Positions 55,781 through 64,000 of a DNA stretch of 64,000 nucleotides are shown here, one piece after another. The position numbers and the translations under genes are program-made. Origin of the DNA: a virus; the IMG/VR virus record IMGVR_UViG_3300032224_001591, positions 83,249 to 147,248 of that record; one strand, written 5' to 3'. The stretch's first letter is position 1, and each line of letters starts with the position of its first letter. Under the pieces are notes generated by a model that was not told where the DNA came from, ran no database searches, and saw only the letters and a list, made by a program, of their open reading frames with translations.

Positions 55781-56421
55781 TGCCTAAAGCCAAACACTTT
55801 GAAAAGCAACAGATTTTAGCAGCAATGGCTAAAACAAAATCTAATAAAAGTGCAGCCCGATATATGAATTGTAGTTACATACATTACAAAAAATGGGCAC
55901 AGTTTTATAAAGGTGAGGACGGCAGAAGTTTATTTGAAATACACAAGAATCAAGCCGGTAAAGGCATTCCTAAATTCCTAAGCAATACTCCATTCGGACG
56001 TAAAGAGCCTGCGTTGCTTGATATCATTGAAGGTAGAGTTGATGCATCCCATTTCAATCCCCAAAAGATCAAGCATAGAATGATTGAACAGGGGTACTTA
56101 AAAGAAGAATGTAATTTATGCGGTTTTAAAGAACGTCGTGTACTTGACTATAAAGTACCGCTAATGATGCATTTTAAGGACGGAAATAAACAACATTATA
56201 ACCTAGGCAACGTAGAAATGTTATGTTATAATTGTACGTTTCTTACGGTTGGGGATTTATTTACTGGTAAACAAATTGAAAACATGGAAGACCATGTACC
56301 TAAATCAGGTGGACAACCAGATTGGGAAGTAGATGATTATACACAGCAACGCTTAAAAGAATTAGGATTATACGATTCAAAACCAGTGGACGACGGTTCG
56401 GAATTTATCTCAAGAAGCTAA
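55780..56421 (+). CDS. HTH plus HNH-like zinc-binding nuclease-family protein
   Basis: N-terminal SNKSAARYM helix. CNLCG...HFKDGN..HY..GN...LCYNC. Confidence 0.6.
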   Translation: MPKAKHFEKQQILAAMAKTKSNKSAARYMNCSYIHYKKWAQFYKGEDGRSLFEIHKNQAGKGIPKFLSNTPFGRKEPALLDIIEGRVDASHFNPQKIKHRMIEQGYLKEECNLCGFKERRVLDYKVPLMMHFKDGNKQHYNLGNVEMLCYNCTFLTVGDLFTGKQIENMEDHVPKSGGQPDWEVDDYTQQRLKELGLYDSKPVDDGSEFISRS

Positions 56422-56422
56422 A

Positions 56423-56429
56423 TATTTAT
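56423..56429 (+). promoter_or_regulatory. TATTTAT motif
   Basis: Intergenic, before a small basic ORF. Confidence 0.4.
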
Positions 56430-56443
56430 GATAAAGTTTCGAT

Positions 56444-56611
56444 ATGAAAAAGAATAAAAAATCGAAAAAACATAATGAGATAATTCGTGATTACGAAGGA
56501 CAGAAATCTAAACAACTGGAAAGATTAGCAACTAAAATGTTAGAAAACGAAGAAAAGTTTGCTAAATTAAAGGGTAAAGAAACAAGTTTGAAATTCCTAA
56601 AATTATTTTAA
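56444..56611 (+). CDS. Small basic protein, 55 aa (not in ORF track)
   Basis: MKKNKKSKKHNEIIRDYEG...FLKLF*. Confidence 0.6.
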   Translation: MKKNKKSKKHNEIIRDYEGQKSKQLERLATKMLENEEKFAKLKGKETSLKFLKLF

Positions 56612-56612
56612 A

Positions 56613-56933
56613 ATGGCACTAGAATTAACAGTGAATAGCGTAGATGAATTTCAAGAAATGGTTGATAGTAAAGATTTTAAAATATCCGAATCAATTGTAA
56701 ATTCAATTTTAAGTAACTTAAACAGTAAAAAAAATCATATTCATATACTTTCAATAAATGTACTAGAAGAAGGATCAACATTAGATTTAACACTTGAAAG
56801 AAAATTCTTTATAGAAACATTAGAAGAAAACATTAAGTATTTTATTGAACAAGAAAGATATGAAGATTGTCAAAAAATAGTAGAAGCAATAGATAAATTA
56901 AAAACAAAAGAAAAAAAGGCAAGTAAAAAGTAA
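56613..56933 (+). CDS. Hypothetical protein with a UVR-like C-terminal motif
   Basis: FIEQERYEDCQKI. Confidence 0.65.
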   Translation: MALELTVNSVDEFQEMVDSKDFKISESIVNSILSNLNSKKNHIHILSINVLEEGSTLDLTLERKFFIETLEENIKYFIEQERYEDCQKIVEAIDKLKTKEKKASKK

Positions 56934-57055
56934 TGGCAAAAGCAGTTTCAAACTCTAACAAAGTTACATTTGGTGCTCGAAAAAGAGGCAAAGCACAAAA
57001 GAGTTATAACAAGCACACTCCAAGACCAAAACGTTATAGAGGTCAAGGCAGATAA
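56933..57055 (+). CDS. Small basic YRGQG peptide, 40 aa (not in ORF track)
   Basis: MAKAVSNSNKVTFGARKRGKAQKSYNKHTPRPKRYRGQGR*, with TAATG coupling. Confidence 0.7.
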   Translation: MAKAVSNSNKVTFGARKRGKAQKSYNKHTPRPKRYRGQGR

Positions 57056-57062
57056 AACACAT

Positions 57063-57248
57063 ATGAATCCTAAAAAAAATCAACAGACCATAACGGCTAT
57101 GGAAACCTTCATGTCCCTTCCCGATGAATTATTGATAGAGATGATCAATAAAGACCCGGAAGGGATAGAGGTTATATGTCTCGCGCTAGGAATTGAATTA
57201 AATAACATAAAATATACGAAAAAATCCAAAATAGGGTTGGATAGGTAA
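57063..57248 (+). CDS. Hypothetical protein
   Basis: ATG 57063 is preferred. The TTG-56970 extension overlaps the YRGQG gene. Confidence 0.5.
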   Translation: MNPKKNQQTITAMETFMSLPDELLIEMINKDPEGIEVICLALGIELNNIKYTKKSKIGLDR

Positions 57249-57265
57249 AAAAACGGTCGTATATT
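57237..57265 (+). promoter_or_regulatory. TTGG-N19-TATATT promoter
   Basis: Exact motif. The CGTATATTTACGTA segment is shared with 27042-27055. Confidence 0.7.
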
Positions 57266-57284
57266 TACGTAAATAATAAAGGTC

Positions 57285-57737
57285 ATGCCATTAATTCAAT
57301 TCACAAATTTAAACAAATACGGTACACTACGAAAACGTATAATGTACACCCCAGCAATGCCCTTTAGATTTAATCCTAAAGGATTAGGATCATTTGTATC
57401 TGTTACAATTTTCAAGTACAGATATGAACATTATATTCCTCCAACTTTATTCAATGCAAATGATGGTAAAAGATATATCTTACCAACTTGGCAAGAAGTA
57501 TTACCTGAAACTACTATATCAGATATAGAATGGGTTAAAATGATTTTGACTGATGGAGTGAAAGTAAAAGCAAAAGAAAAAATAGAAGAAAATACCTTCA
57601 AATTTGAATCTAAAAGCGATCCAGGTTCATTTTATACCGTTACTAAAAAAGGAGACAAATATAAATGTACTTGCCCTGGAAGTTTCAGAGCAAAAGATAG
57701 AGAGTGTAAACATATAAAACAAATAAAAAATGGCTAA
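57285..57737 (+). CDS. SWIM zinc-finger protein
   Basis: Y.V...CTCPG...CKH. Confidence 0.75.
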   Translation: MPLIQFTNLNKYGTLRKRIMYTPAMPFRFNPKGLGSFVSVTIFKYRYEHYIPPTLFNANDGKRYILPTWQEVLPETTISDIEWVKMILTDGVKVKAKEKIEENTFKFESKSDPGSFYTVTKKGDKYKCTCPGSFRAKDRECKHIKQIKNG

Positions 57738-58020
57738 AAGAGGAAGACCCGCAGAAATCGAAGTAGTAGAAAAACCATCTAAGTATGAAGTTAGATATGA
57801 AAATGAAGACTCAACTGAAGTTTGGAAGTACAACACTAAATTAAATGCAACTGGTCCTATTGAAGTGGTTATCACTTACAAAGGCGATGCTGTTAAAAAA
57901 TGGGGTACTAAACTTAAAGAAGCAAAAGCAATTAAAAAAGCTGCCAATCAAATGAAAAAAATTGAGGCAAAACAAACAGCTAAGAAAACAGGTAAACGTG
58001 GCCGACCAAAAAGAATGTAA
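57730..58020 (+). CDS. Basic protein with terminal AT-hook motifs
   Basis: KRGRP at both termini. Confidence 0.65.
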   Translation: MAKRGRPAEIEVVEKPSKYEVRYENEDSTEVWKYNTKLNATGPIEVVITYKGDAVKKWGTKLKEAKAIKKAANQMKKIEAKQTAKKTGKRGRPKRM

Positions 58021-58021
58021 T

Positions 58022-58777
58022 ATGAAAACAATAGTACTAGGAGATATCCACGGATTGGATGTATGGAAAAAAATAGTTAAACATGAAAATGCTGATAGAG
58101 TAATTTTCATAGGTGATTATTTTGATTCATTTGATATCCCACATTCAGATCAAATAAATAACTTTTTAGATATCATTGAATACAAAAAATCAAGTGGTAA
58201 AGAAGTTATCATGTTAATTGGTAATCATGATTATCATTATATGAATGGTATTAATGAGACTTATTCAGGATTTAAAGCAGGTTATAAACCAGCTATTTCA
58301 GCTATATTAGAAGAAAATAAAGAACACTTACAAATGGCTTATCAGATGGGTGAGTTTTTATTTACACATGCTGGTGTAAGTAATGATTTCTTAAGTCAAT
58401 TAAAAAAGATCTTGTTTGAGGATGAAATTAAGGTTGAAGGTATAGCTGACTTTTTAAACTTAGCATTTGAACATAAACCATTATTATTTGGTTTTGGTAA
58501 ATTCAAAAATCCAGAGTTTAATATAGACCCATATGGTGATGATAAAGAACAATCTTGTATATGGATTAGACCAAGATCATTATTTAAATCTAATCATGAT
58601 ACCTTAAGAAAAGAAGTCATTCAAGTAGTGGGACATACAGGTATAAAAGAAATGGATATTAAAGGTAAAGCAACAGGTAATAGATATTTTCTTATAGACT
58701 GTTTGGAAACGTCAGGAGAATATCTTATCATTGAGAACGGAATTATAACAAGTAACTCACACAGAAACTATGAATAA
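58022..58777 (+). CDS. Calcineurin-like metallophosphoesterase
   Basis: GDIHG, GDYFD, GNHD, THAG, VGHT. ATG at 58022. Confidence 0.88.
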   Translation: MKTIVLGDIHGLDVWKKIVKHENADRVIFIGDYFDSFDIPHSDQINNFLDIIEYKKSSGKEVIMLIGNHDYHYMNGINETYSGFKAGYKPAISAILEENKEHLQMAYQMGEFLFTHAGVSNDFLSQLKKILFEDEIKVEGIADFLNLAFEHKPLLFGFGKFKNPEFNIDPYGDDKEQSCIWIRPRSLFKSNHDTLRKEVIQVVGHTGIKEMDIKGKATGNRYFLIDCLETSGEYLIIENGIITSNSHRNYE

Positions 58778-58979
58778 TCAAGAAGATTTAGACTATATCA
58801 GTCGCAGAGATGATTTTGTAAGAACAATGCGTAAGCAGAATTTCCTAATGGAAATGGGTTTTTATCGTGAAAGCAAAATCAAAGGTAAACGAGGTAGAAA
58901 ACCTGCACCTTCAAAACGCATAGCAAACATAGACAAATCAAACCCAAGAAATCACTTATCACCACATTTTACAATATGA
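58770..58979 (+). CDS. Small basic hypothetical protein
   Basis: 69 aa containing KRGRKP. Confidence 0.55.
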   Translation: MNNQEDLDYISRRDDFVRTMRKQNFLMEMGFYRESKIKGKRGRKPAPSKRIANIDKSNPRNHLSPHFTI

Positions 58980-60622
58980 AATTATACGATAGCAAATATA
59001 ATATTTTAGGTATAATAGGCGGCACTCACTCTTGTGGTGTTGCTTATGTTGAAAAAGGAAACGTAGTAGCCGTTTTAGAAGAAGAACGTTTAACACGAGT
59101 TAAACCTTGGAAAGATTTTGAAGCTGATTTTTGGCGTTATCCACTTCAAGGTTTACAATTATTAAAAATAAAATACAATGTTGATTTTGATAAGATTGAT
59201 TATGTTACAAGTTTTTTAGAATATGATGTCATAAAAAACATGTTGAAGTCAACAATTGGATTTGACTTACCTGAAGATAAATTTATTAAAACAGAACATC
59301 ATGAAACACATTGTGCTTTAGCTTATTATTTATCTGGATTTAAAGATGATACCTTAGTTATAGCAATTGACGGTAGTGGAGAATATCATAGTTCCAAATA
59401 TTATTTAGGCAGTAACGGTGAAATGAAATACATTGATGGAATTAGTATTTATCAAAATTCATTAGGTATGTTTTATGCTGCTATAACTGAATTATTAGGA
59501 TTTAAACGTCTTAAAGATGAAGGTAAAGTAGTTGGAATGGCTGCGCATGGTGAATTAATGAAAGATATCTACGATGCTTTAGATAAAGTAGTTACAATTG
59601 AAGGATTACAAACCAATAAATCATTCTACCCAGGTTCAGATAGTGCTGGTGGAGATGTATTTTTAAATACTTATAAGAATTTCTTTGAAGTAGTAGGAAG
59701 TAGATGTTGGAAAAATCCTCAAACCATCAAAAATATAGCTTATACAGCACAATTATTATTTGAAAATAAAATACTCGAATTAGTAGATAATATTCATAAA
59801 ATGTACCCTGATGTTAAAAAATTAGCATTGTCCGGAGGTATATTTGCTAATGTTAAGTTAAATAAAAAAATAAATGAGTTAGATTGGGTTGATGAAGTAT
59901 TCATTACACCGCCGATGGGCGATGAAGGATTAATGTTAGGTTCTATAATATTAGCAATGAAACAACTACATCCTCATTTTCATGTAACTAAATTACCTAA
60001 TGTTTATTTTGGAAATGAATACAGTGAAGATGAAGTAAATAATGCTGCTAAATCAATTTTAGGTACTTACAACTATATTCCTTACAATATTGATTTTATT
60101 ACTAGTTTATTATTAAATAAGAAAATATTAGGTTTATATCAAGGTAAAAGTGAACATGGGCCTAGAGCATTAGGTAACAGAACAATTATGTGTGATGCAA
60201 CTCACCCTGAAACATATGATATAATCAACGGTAAATTGCAACGTAATGACTATATGCCATTTGCTCCTGCTGTTTTAGATGAAGATGCAAGTAAATTATT
60301 CCAAATCAAAAAATCAGCTTATACAGCAGAATTTATGACAATGTTATATGATACTAATCCTGAATGGGCTGATAAATTACCTACAGTAACACATCCTAAA
60401 GACAAAACAGCACGTATTCAAATTGTAACTGAAGATAGTAATTTAATGTTTCATCAAATACTTAAGTCATATAAAGAAAAAACAGGATTTGGATGTTTAG
60501 TAAATACATCATTCAATATTCATAACGAACCAATAGTAGATAAACCTGAAGAAGCATTTACACATTTGAAAAATGATATAATAGATTATTTAATAACCCC
60601 TTACGGAATTTACAGCAAATAA
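58976..60622 (+). CDS. Carbamoyltransferase (NodU/CmcH family)
   Basis: EEERLTRVK, HHETH, DGSGE, EGKVVGMA, SGGIFAN, GDEG, GPRALGNR, PFAP, NTSFN.H.EP. Confidence 0.92.
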   Translation: MKLYDSKYNILGIIGGTHSCGVAYVEKGNVVAVLEEERLTRVKPWKDFEADFWRYPLQGLQLLKIKYNVDFDKIDYVTSFLEYDVIKNMLKSTIGFDLPEDKFIKTEHHETHCALAYYLSGFKDDTLVIAIDGSGEYHSSKYYLGSNGEMKYIDGISIYQNSLGMFYAAITELLGFKRLKDEGKVVGMAAHGELMKDIYDALDKVVTIEGLQTNKSFYPGSDSAGGDVFLNTYKNFFEVVGSRCWKNPQTIKNIAYTAQLLFENKILELVDNIHKMYPDVKKLALSGGIFANVKLNKKINELDWVDEVFITPPMGDEGLMLGSIILAMKQLHPHFHVTKLPNVYFGNEYSEDEVNNAAKSILGTYNYIPYNIDFITSLLLNKKILGLYQGKSEHGPRALGNRTIMCDATHPETYDIINGKLQRNDYMPFAPAVLDEDASKLFQIKKSAYTAEFMTMLYDTNPEWADKLPTVTHPKDKTARIQIVTEDSNLMFHQILKSYKEKTGFGCLVNTSFNIHNEPIVDKPEEAFTHLKNDIIDYLITPYGIYSK

Positions 60623-60626
60623 AATT

Positions 60627-60833
60627 ATGGCACGACAACACATTGTAGAAAAACTAAACGCAGTACCCTTTAATCCAAATCTTGAATTCACTCAAGAAGA
60701 AATTGAATACATGGTAAAAAGATATTTATCATCTCACTCTAAAAGTAAGGTTGGAGATATCAAACTTCATCATTATATTGATAACAATAAAGAAAAAATT
60801 GGATTAAAAGCAACTTTAAAACCTAAACAATAA
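60627..60833 (+). CDS. Hypothetical protein
   Basis: 68-aa ORF. Confidence 0.55.
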   Translation: MARQHIVEKLNAVPFNPNLEFTQEEIEYMVKRYLSSHSKSKVGDIKLHHYIDNNKEKIGLKATLKPKQ

Positions 60834-61057
60834 TGGAAGCAATATTAAAATTCAATCTACCTGAAGACAATGATAGTTTTGAATTAGCAACTAAAGCATC
60901 AGGTATGTTTCATGTTTTATGGGAAATGGATAGGTATTTAAAGCAACATACTAAATATGCTCCTGATGATATGAATGAAGAGGCTTATAAAGCATATACA
61001 AATTGTAGAGAAACACTTAATGAACTTATGTCCCAAGAAAATATAAATTTTATTTAA
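60833..61057 (+). CDS. Hypothetical protein
   Basis: 74-aa ORF with TAATG coupling on both sides. Confidence 0.65.
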   Translation: MEAILKFNLPEDNDSFELATKASGMFHVLWEMDRYLKQHTKYAPDDMNEEAYKAYTNCRETLNELMSQENINFI

Positions 61058-62199
61058 TGAACAACATAGATAAACAATACCAGGACTTACTAAGAGATAT
61101 CTTATATCATAACAATCCTAAAGTAGACAGAACTGGAACAGGTACAATAAGTGTATTTGGTAGACAAATCAGACATAAAATGAGTGATGGATTTCCTTTA
61201 CTCACAACTAAAAAGATGCCATTTAAAACTATTGTAACTGAATTAATATGGTTCTTACGTGGTGATACAAACATCAAGTACCTTGTTGACAATAACTGTC
61301 ATATTTGGGATGGTGATGCATATAAGAATTATTCAACATACGTTAAAGAAGAATGGGAGAATGGTTCAATAAATGAATTATTTGAAGACAATTTGATTGT
61401 TGAAGAATCAAACGACGGTAAAAATATATTTTATAGAAAACTGACACAAGAAGAATTCATCAACAAAATCAAAACAGATGATGAGTTTGCTAAACAGTGG
61501 GGTGAATTAGGTCCAATTTATGGTAAGCAATGGAGAAATTGGGGAGCTGGATTTGGAAATAAAAATACTGACCAAATTGCAAACCTAATCTCCGACCTTA
61601 AAACAAATCCAGACTCAAGAAGATTAATGGTTAATGCTTGGAATGTTGGAGAATTAGACCAAATGGTACTTCCACCTTGTCATTATGGATTTCAAGTTTA
61701 TACAAGAGAGTTGAGTGCTAGAGAAAGAACAGCTTTAAAATCTAATGGGAGTACTAGACTTTACGATAGTATTAAAGAAGAAAACTACCAAACAGTTGAT
61801 GCTGATGATGTAATGCATGCAATATGTGATGAATATAATGTACCTAAACGAGCAATCTCTCTAATGTGGAATCAACGTTCAGTAGATACATTCTTAGGTT
61901 TACCATTCAACATAGCGAGTTATGGATTATTATTAGAAATCATTGCTAAAGAAGTTAATATGGTGCCTGATGAATTAATTGGTAACTTGGGTGATGTACA
62001 TTTATATAATAATCATATTGATCAAGCTAAATTACAAATTGAAAGAACACCATTTGAATTACCTAAATTAAAATTCAATCCAATATTTTTAGCTAATTTA
62101 GAACATAAAGGATTAGATGAAGCAATTAATGGTCAAGTTAATTTTGAATTAGAAAATTATAAATCACATCCATCAATTAAAGCACCATTAAGTAATTAA
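61057..62199 (+). CDS. thyA: Thymidylate synthase (with two insertions)
   Basis: DRTGTGT, FPLLTTK, LGPIYGKQWR, SRR, LPPCH, QRSVD.FLGLPFN, GDVHLY. Confidence 0.95.
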   Translation: MNNIDKQYQDLLRDILYHNNPKVDRTGTGTISVFGRQIRHKMSDGFPLLTTKKMPFKTIVTELIWFLRGDTNIKYLVDNNCHIWDGDAYKNYSTYVKEEWENGSINELFEDNLIVEESNDGKNIFYRKLTQEEFINKIKTDDEFAKQWGELGPIYGKQWRNWGAGFGNKNTDQIANLISDLKTNPDSRRLMVNAWNVGELDQMVLPPCHYGFQVYTRELSARERTALKSNGSTRLYDSIKEENYQTVDADDVMHAICDEYNVPKRAISLMWNQRSVDTFLGLPFNIASYGLLLEIIAKEVNMVPDELIGNLGDVHLYNNHIDQAKLQIERTPFELPKLKFNPIFLANLEHKGLDEAINGQVNFELENYKSHPSIKAPLSN

Positions 62200-62207
62200 T
62201 ATTTATA
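62200..62207 (+). promoter_or_regulatory. TATTTATA motif (putative late promoter)
   Basis: Between the thyA stop and ATG 62221. Confidence 0.5.
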
Positions 62208-62220
62208 CCAAAACATAGCT

Positions 62221-64000
62221 ATGAAAAAATTGCTACTAGTACTCGCGTTTCTGTTATCATTTATTGGCACAACCAAAGCATCTCACTGTGCTGGAGGTGA
62301 GTTATTATATACTTGGATTTCGGATTCAACATATAAAATTACATTCAAATTTTATAGGGATTGTACTGGAATTGCAGAACCACCTTGTGTTTTGTGCTAT
62401 TGTGTAAATACTTGTGTACCACCATCATCCACTAGTTGTTTTACTGTGTGTCTTAATAAAGTAACAAATATTCCAAATGGTCAAGAGGTAAGTACCGGTT
62501 GTCCGGGTTATCCAAGCACTTGTAGTGGAGGTACATTTCCAGGTTATCGTGAGTGGATATATGAAAATATAATCACACTCCCATCAAGATGTAATCAATG
62601 GAAATTTTATATTACTGAAGGAGCAAGGAATAATGCAATTACTAATTTATACCAACCTGGTACTCAGAACATGTATGTTGAAGCAATGCTTAACAATCAA
62701 TATGCTCAAGGTAATTCATCACCTTACTTTACAGTAAAACCAGTACCATATCTTTGTGTTAATAATCAATATAACTATAATAATGGTGCTGTTGACCCTA
62801 ATAATGACTCCATGTCATTTTCTATCATTCAACCAAAAACAAGTTCAGGGGTTTGTAATGTCATTGCAGGTTCAGACATAGGTTTTACAAATACAACTTC
62901 ACCACCCGTAACCTATAACTTAACTAATAATCCATTAAGTACAAACAATACCTTTACTATTAGTCCAACAACGGGACAGATATCATTTACACCTAATATT
63001 CAACAAGTTGCAGTTGTTACTGTTTTTGTAAAAGAATGGAGAAATGGTGTGTTAATAGGTTCTGTAATGAGGGATATACAAATTATTGTTAAGTCCTGTA
63101 ATATACCTCCACCTAGTTTTATTTTGGATACTGCAACTATTGTAGGTGGTACTTGGAACAATGGTAGAATAGAAGGATGTGGTGGTCATACAATATCATT
63201 TTGTTTTGATGCTAAATCAACCAACTCAAATGCTATATTAGTAGTATCATCTAACAACAATATTACCACTCCTGGCTCAACACTTACGACAACTCATCCA
63301 TTTACGGATTCAGTTAGAACTTGTTTTAATTGGTCTCCTTCATTAATTGATACAGGTTTAAGGATATTAACATTTACAATTAAAGATTCAACCTGTACAC
63401 CTCCTGGTATTCCTGTATCACAAACATTTATTGTTCCAATTTACATTTGGCAACAAACTCATATTACCACATACCCAACAATATGTATTGGTGATTATGC
63501 TATGTTGCAAGTTGCTGGAGGTACCCAATTCACTTGGTCGGTTCTACCTGGTGGTTCACCTGTAACTTCATTAACTTGTACGAATTGTCCTGCACCATTT
63601 GCTAATCCAACTGTAACAACCCAATATGTGGTTACAAGTAATTTAATGGGTGTTTGTGATAAGTACAAAGATACGACTACCGTAACAGTATCACCAATCC
63701 CGATATTCAATTTGGGACCCGATACCGTAACTTGTATCAATAACTCTTTATTGTTGAATACCAATTTGATTCCAAGTCCTAACACAATTTATAGTATCAA
63801 ATGGTTCCCTTCAACTTTTTTGAATAAAGACACCATCAATAAACCAATTTGCACACCAACCAAAGATACGACTTACATTGTTAAAATAACTCCAAACGGA
63901 TTGAACCAATGTGCTCGTTATGATACGTTGAAAATAAAAGTGTTACAAGGATTTAAATTAAATAATAAAGATACAGCAATATGTGCTGGTAATACAGTTA
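62221..64000 (+). CDS. Large secreted Bacteroidota-type surface protein, truncated by the window edge (not in ORF track)
   Basis: Signal peptide, then SHCAGGELLY...YKITFKFYRDC, GNSSPYF, DPNNDSMSF, EWRNGVLIGSVMRDIQ and Ig-like repeats. I found no in-frame stop before 64000. Confidence 0.75.
   Translation, partial: MKKLLLVLAFLLSFIGTTKASHCAGGELLYTWISDSTYKITFKFYRDCTGIAEPPCVLCYCVNTCVPPSSTSCFTVCLNKVTNIPNGQEVSTGCPGYPSTCSGGTFPGYREWIYENIITLPSRCNQWKFYITEGARNNAITNLYQPGTQNMYVEAMLNNQYAQGNSSPYFTVKPVPYLCVNNQYNYNNGAVDPNNDSMSFSIIQPKTSSGVCNVIAGSDIGFTNTTSPPVTYNLTNNPLSTNNTFTISPTTGQISFTPNIQQVAVVTVFVKEWRNGVLIGSVMRDIQIIVKSCNIPPPSFILDTATIVGGTWNNGRIEGCGGHTISFCFDAKSTNSNAILVVSSNNNITTPGSTLTTTHPFTDSVRTCFNWSPSLIDTGLRILTFTIKDSTCTPPGIPVSQTFIVPIYIWQQTHITTYPTICIGDYAMLQVAGGTQFTWSVLPGGSPVTSLTCTNCPAPFANPTVTTQYVVTSNLMGVCDKYKDTTTVTVSPIPIFNLGPDTVTCINNSLLLNTNLIPSPNTIYSIKWFPSTFLNKDTINKPICTPTKDTTYIVKITPNGLNQCARYDTLKIKVLQGFKLNNKDTAICAGNTV

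Noticed and set aside
55780-56421. HNH gene as a mobile intron or homing element
   Set aside because: It does not interrupt a gene, is translationally coupled to its neighbour and shows no intron-like flanks.
56970-57062. TTG-initiated N-terminal extension of ORF 56970-57248
   Set aside because: It overlaps the better-supported YRGQG peptide gene, and ATG 57063 is the more plausible start.
61300-61850. ThyA insertions as inteins or introns
   Set aside because: They are short in-frame loops without intein C/S...HN termini or stop codons.
71-63785. All minus-strand ORFs in the track (e.g. 71-361, 4792-5091, 11540-11923, 16287-16670, 36325-36642, 63495-63785)
   Set aside because: Each lies antisense to a well-supported + strand gene, has no recognisable motif and shows shadow-frame composition.

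Overview
This is a 64 kb segment of a large, AT-rich tailed phage genome, probably a myovirus-type large phage. Every credible gene is on the + strand; the minus-strand ORFs are shadows. The host is most likely Bacteroidota, based on a T9SS C-terminal sorting domain, Bacteroidota-like promoter geometry, no Shine-Dalgarno sites and a Zn-less QueC. Gene order is: (1) baseplate genes; (2) an array of genes sharing an N-terminal RMQxxAGxITE leader; (3) a replication core (short family-A polymerase, SSB, RecA-like, 5'-3' exonuclease, DnaB-like helicase, NrdB, NrdA); (4) an operon of exported/envelope proteins (cohesin/dockerin-like T9SS cargo, two CsgG-like proteins, a beta-barrel, a PA14-dockerin protein); (5) holin and GH19 endolysin; (6) a 7-deazaguanine pathway (DpdA/TGT-like, QueC, QueD, QueE, FolE); (7) PolB, sliding clamp, clamp loader, GroES/GroEL; (8) a glycosyltransferase and sugar-nucleotide island; (9) carbamoyltransferase, ThyA and a truncated secreted protein at the right edge. 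The strongest candidates for undescribed systems are the phage-encoded cohesin-dockerin/CsgG/T9SS surface module (18547-25128) and the leader-tagged cargo gene array (6565-11278). Two recurring promoter motifs were read directly from the sequence: TTGG-N19-TATATT (11 copies, exact spacing) and TATTTAT(A). No tRNA, rRNA, CRISPR array, integrase or transposase was seen. All functional calls come from motif recognition by eye; no searches were run.
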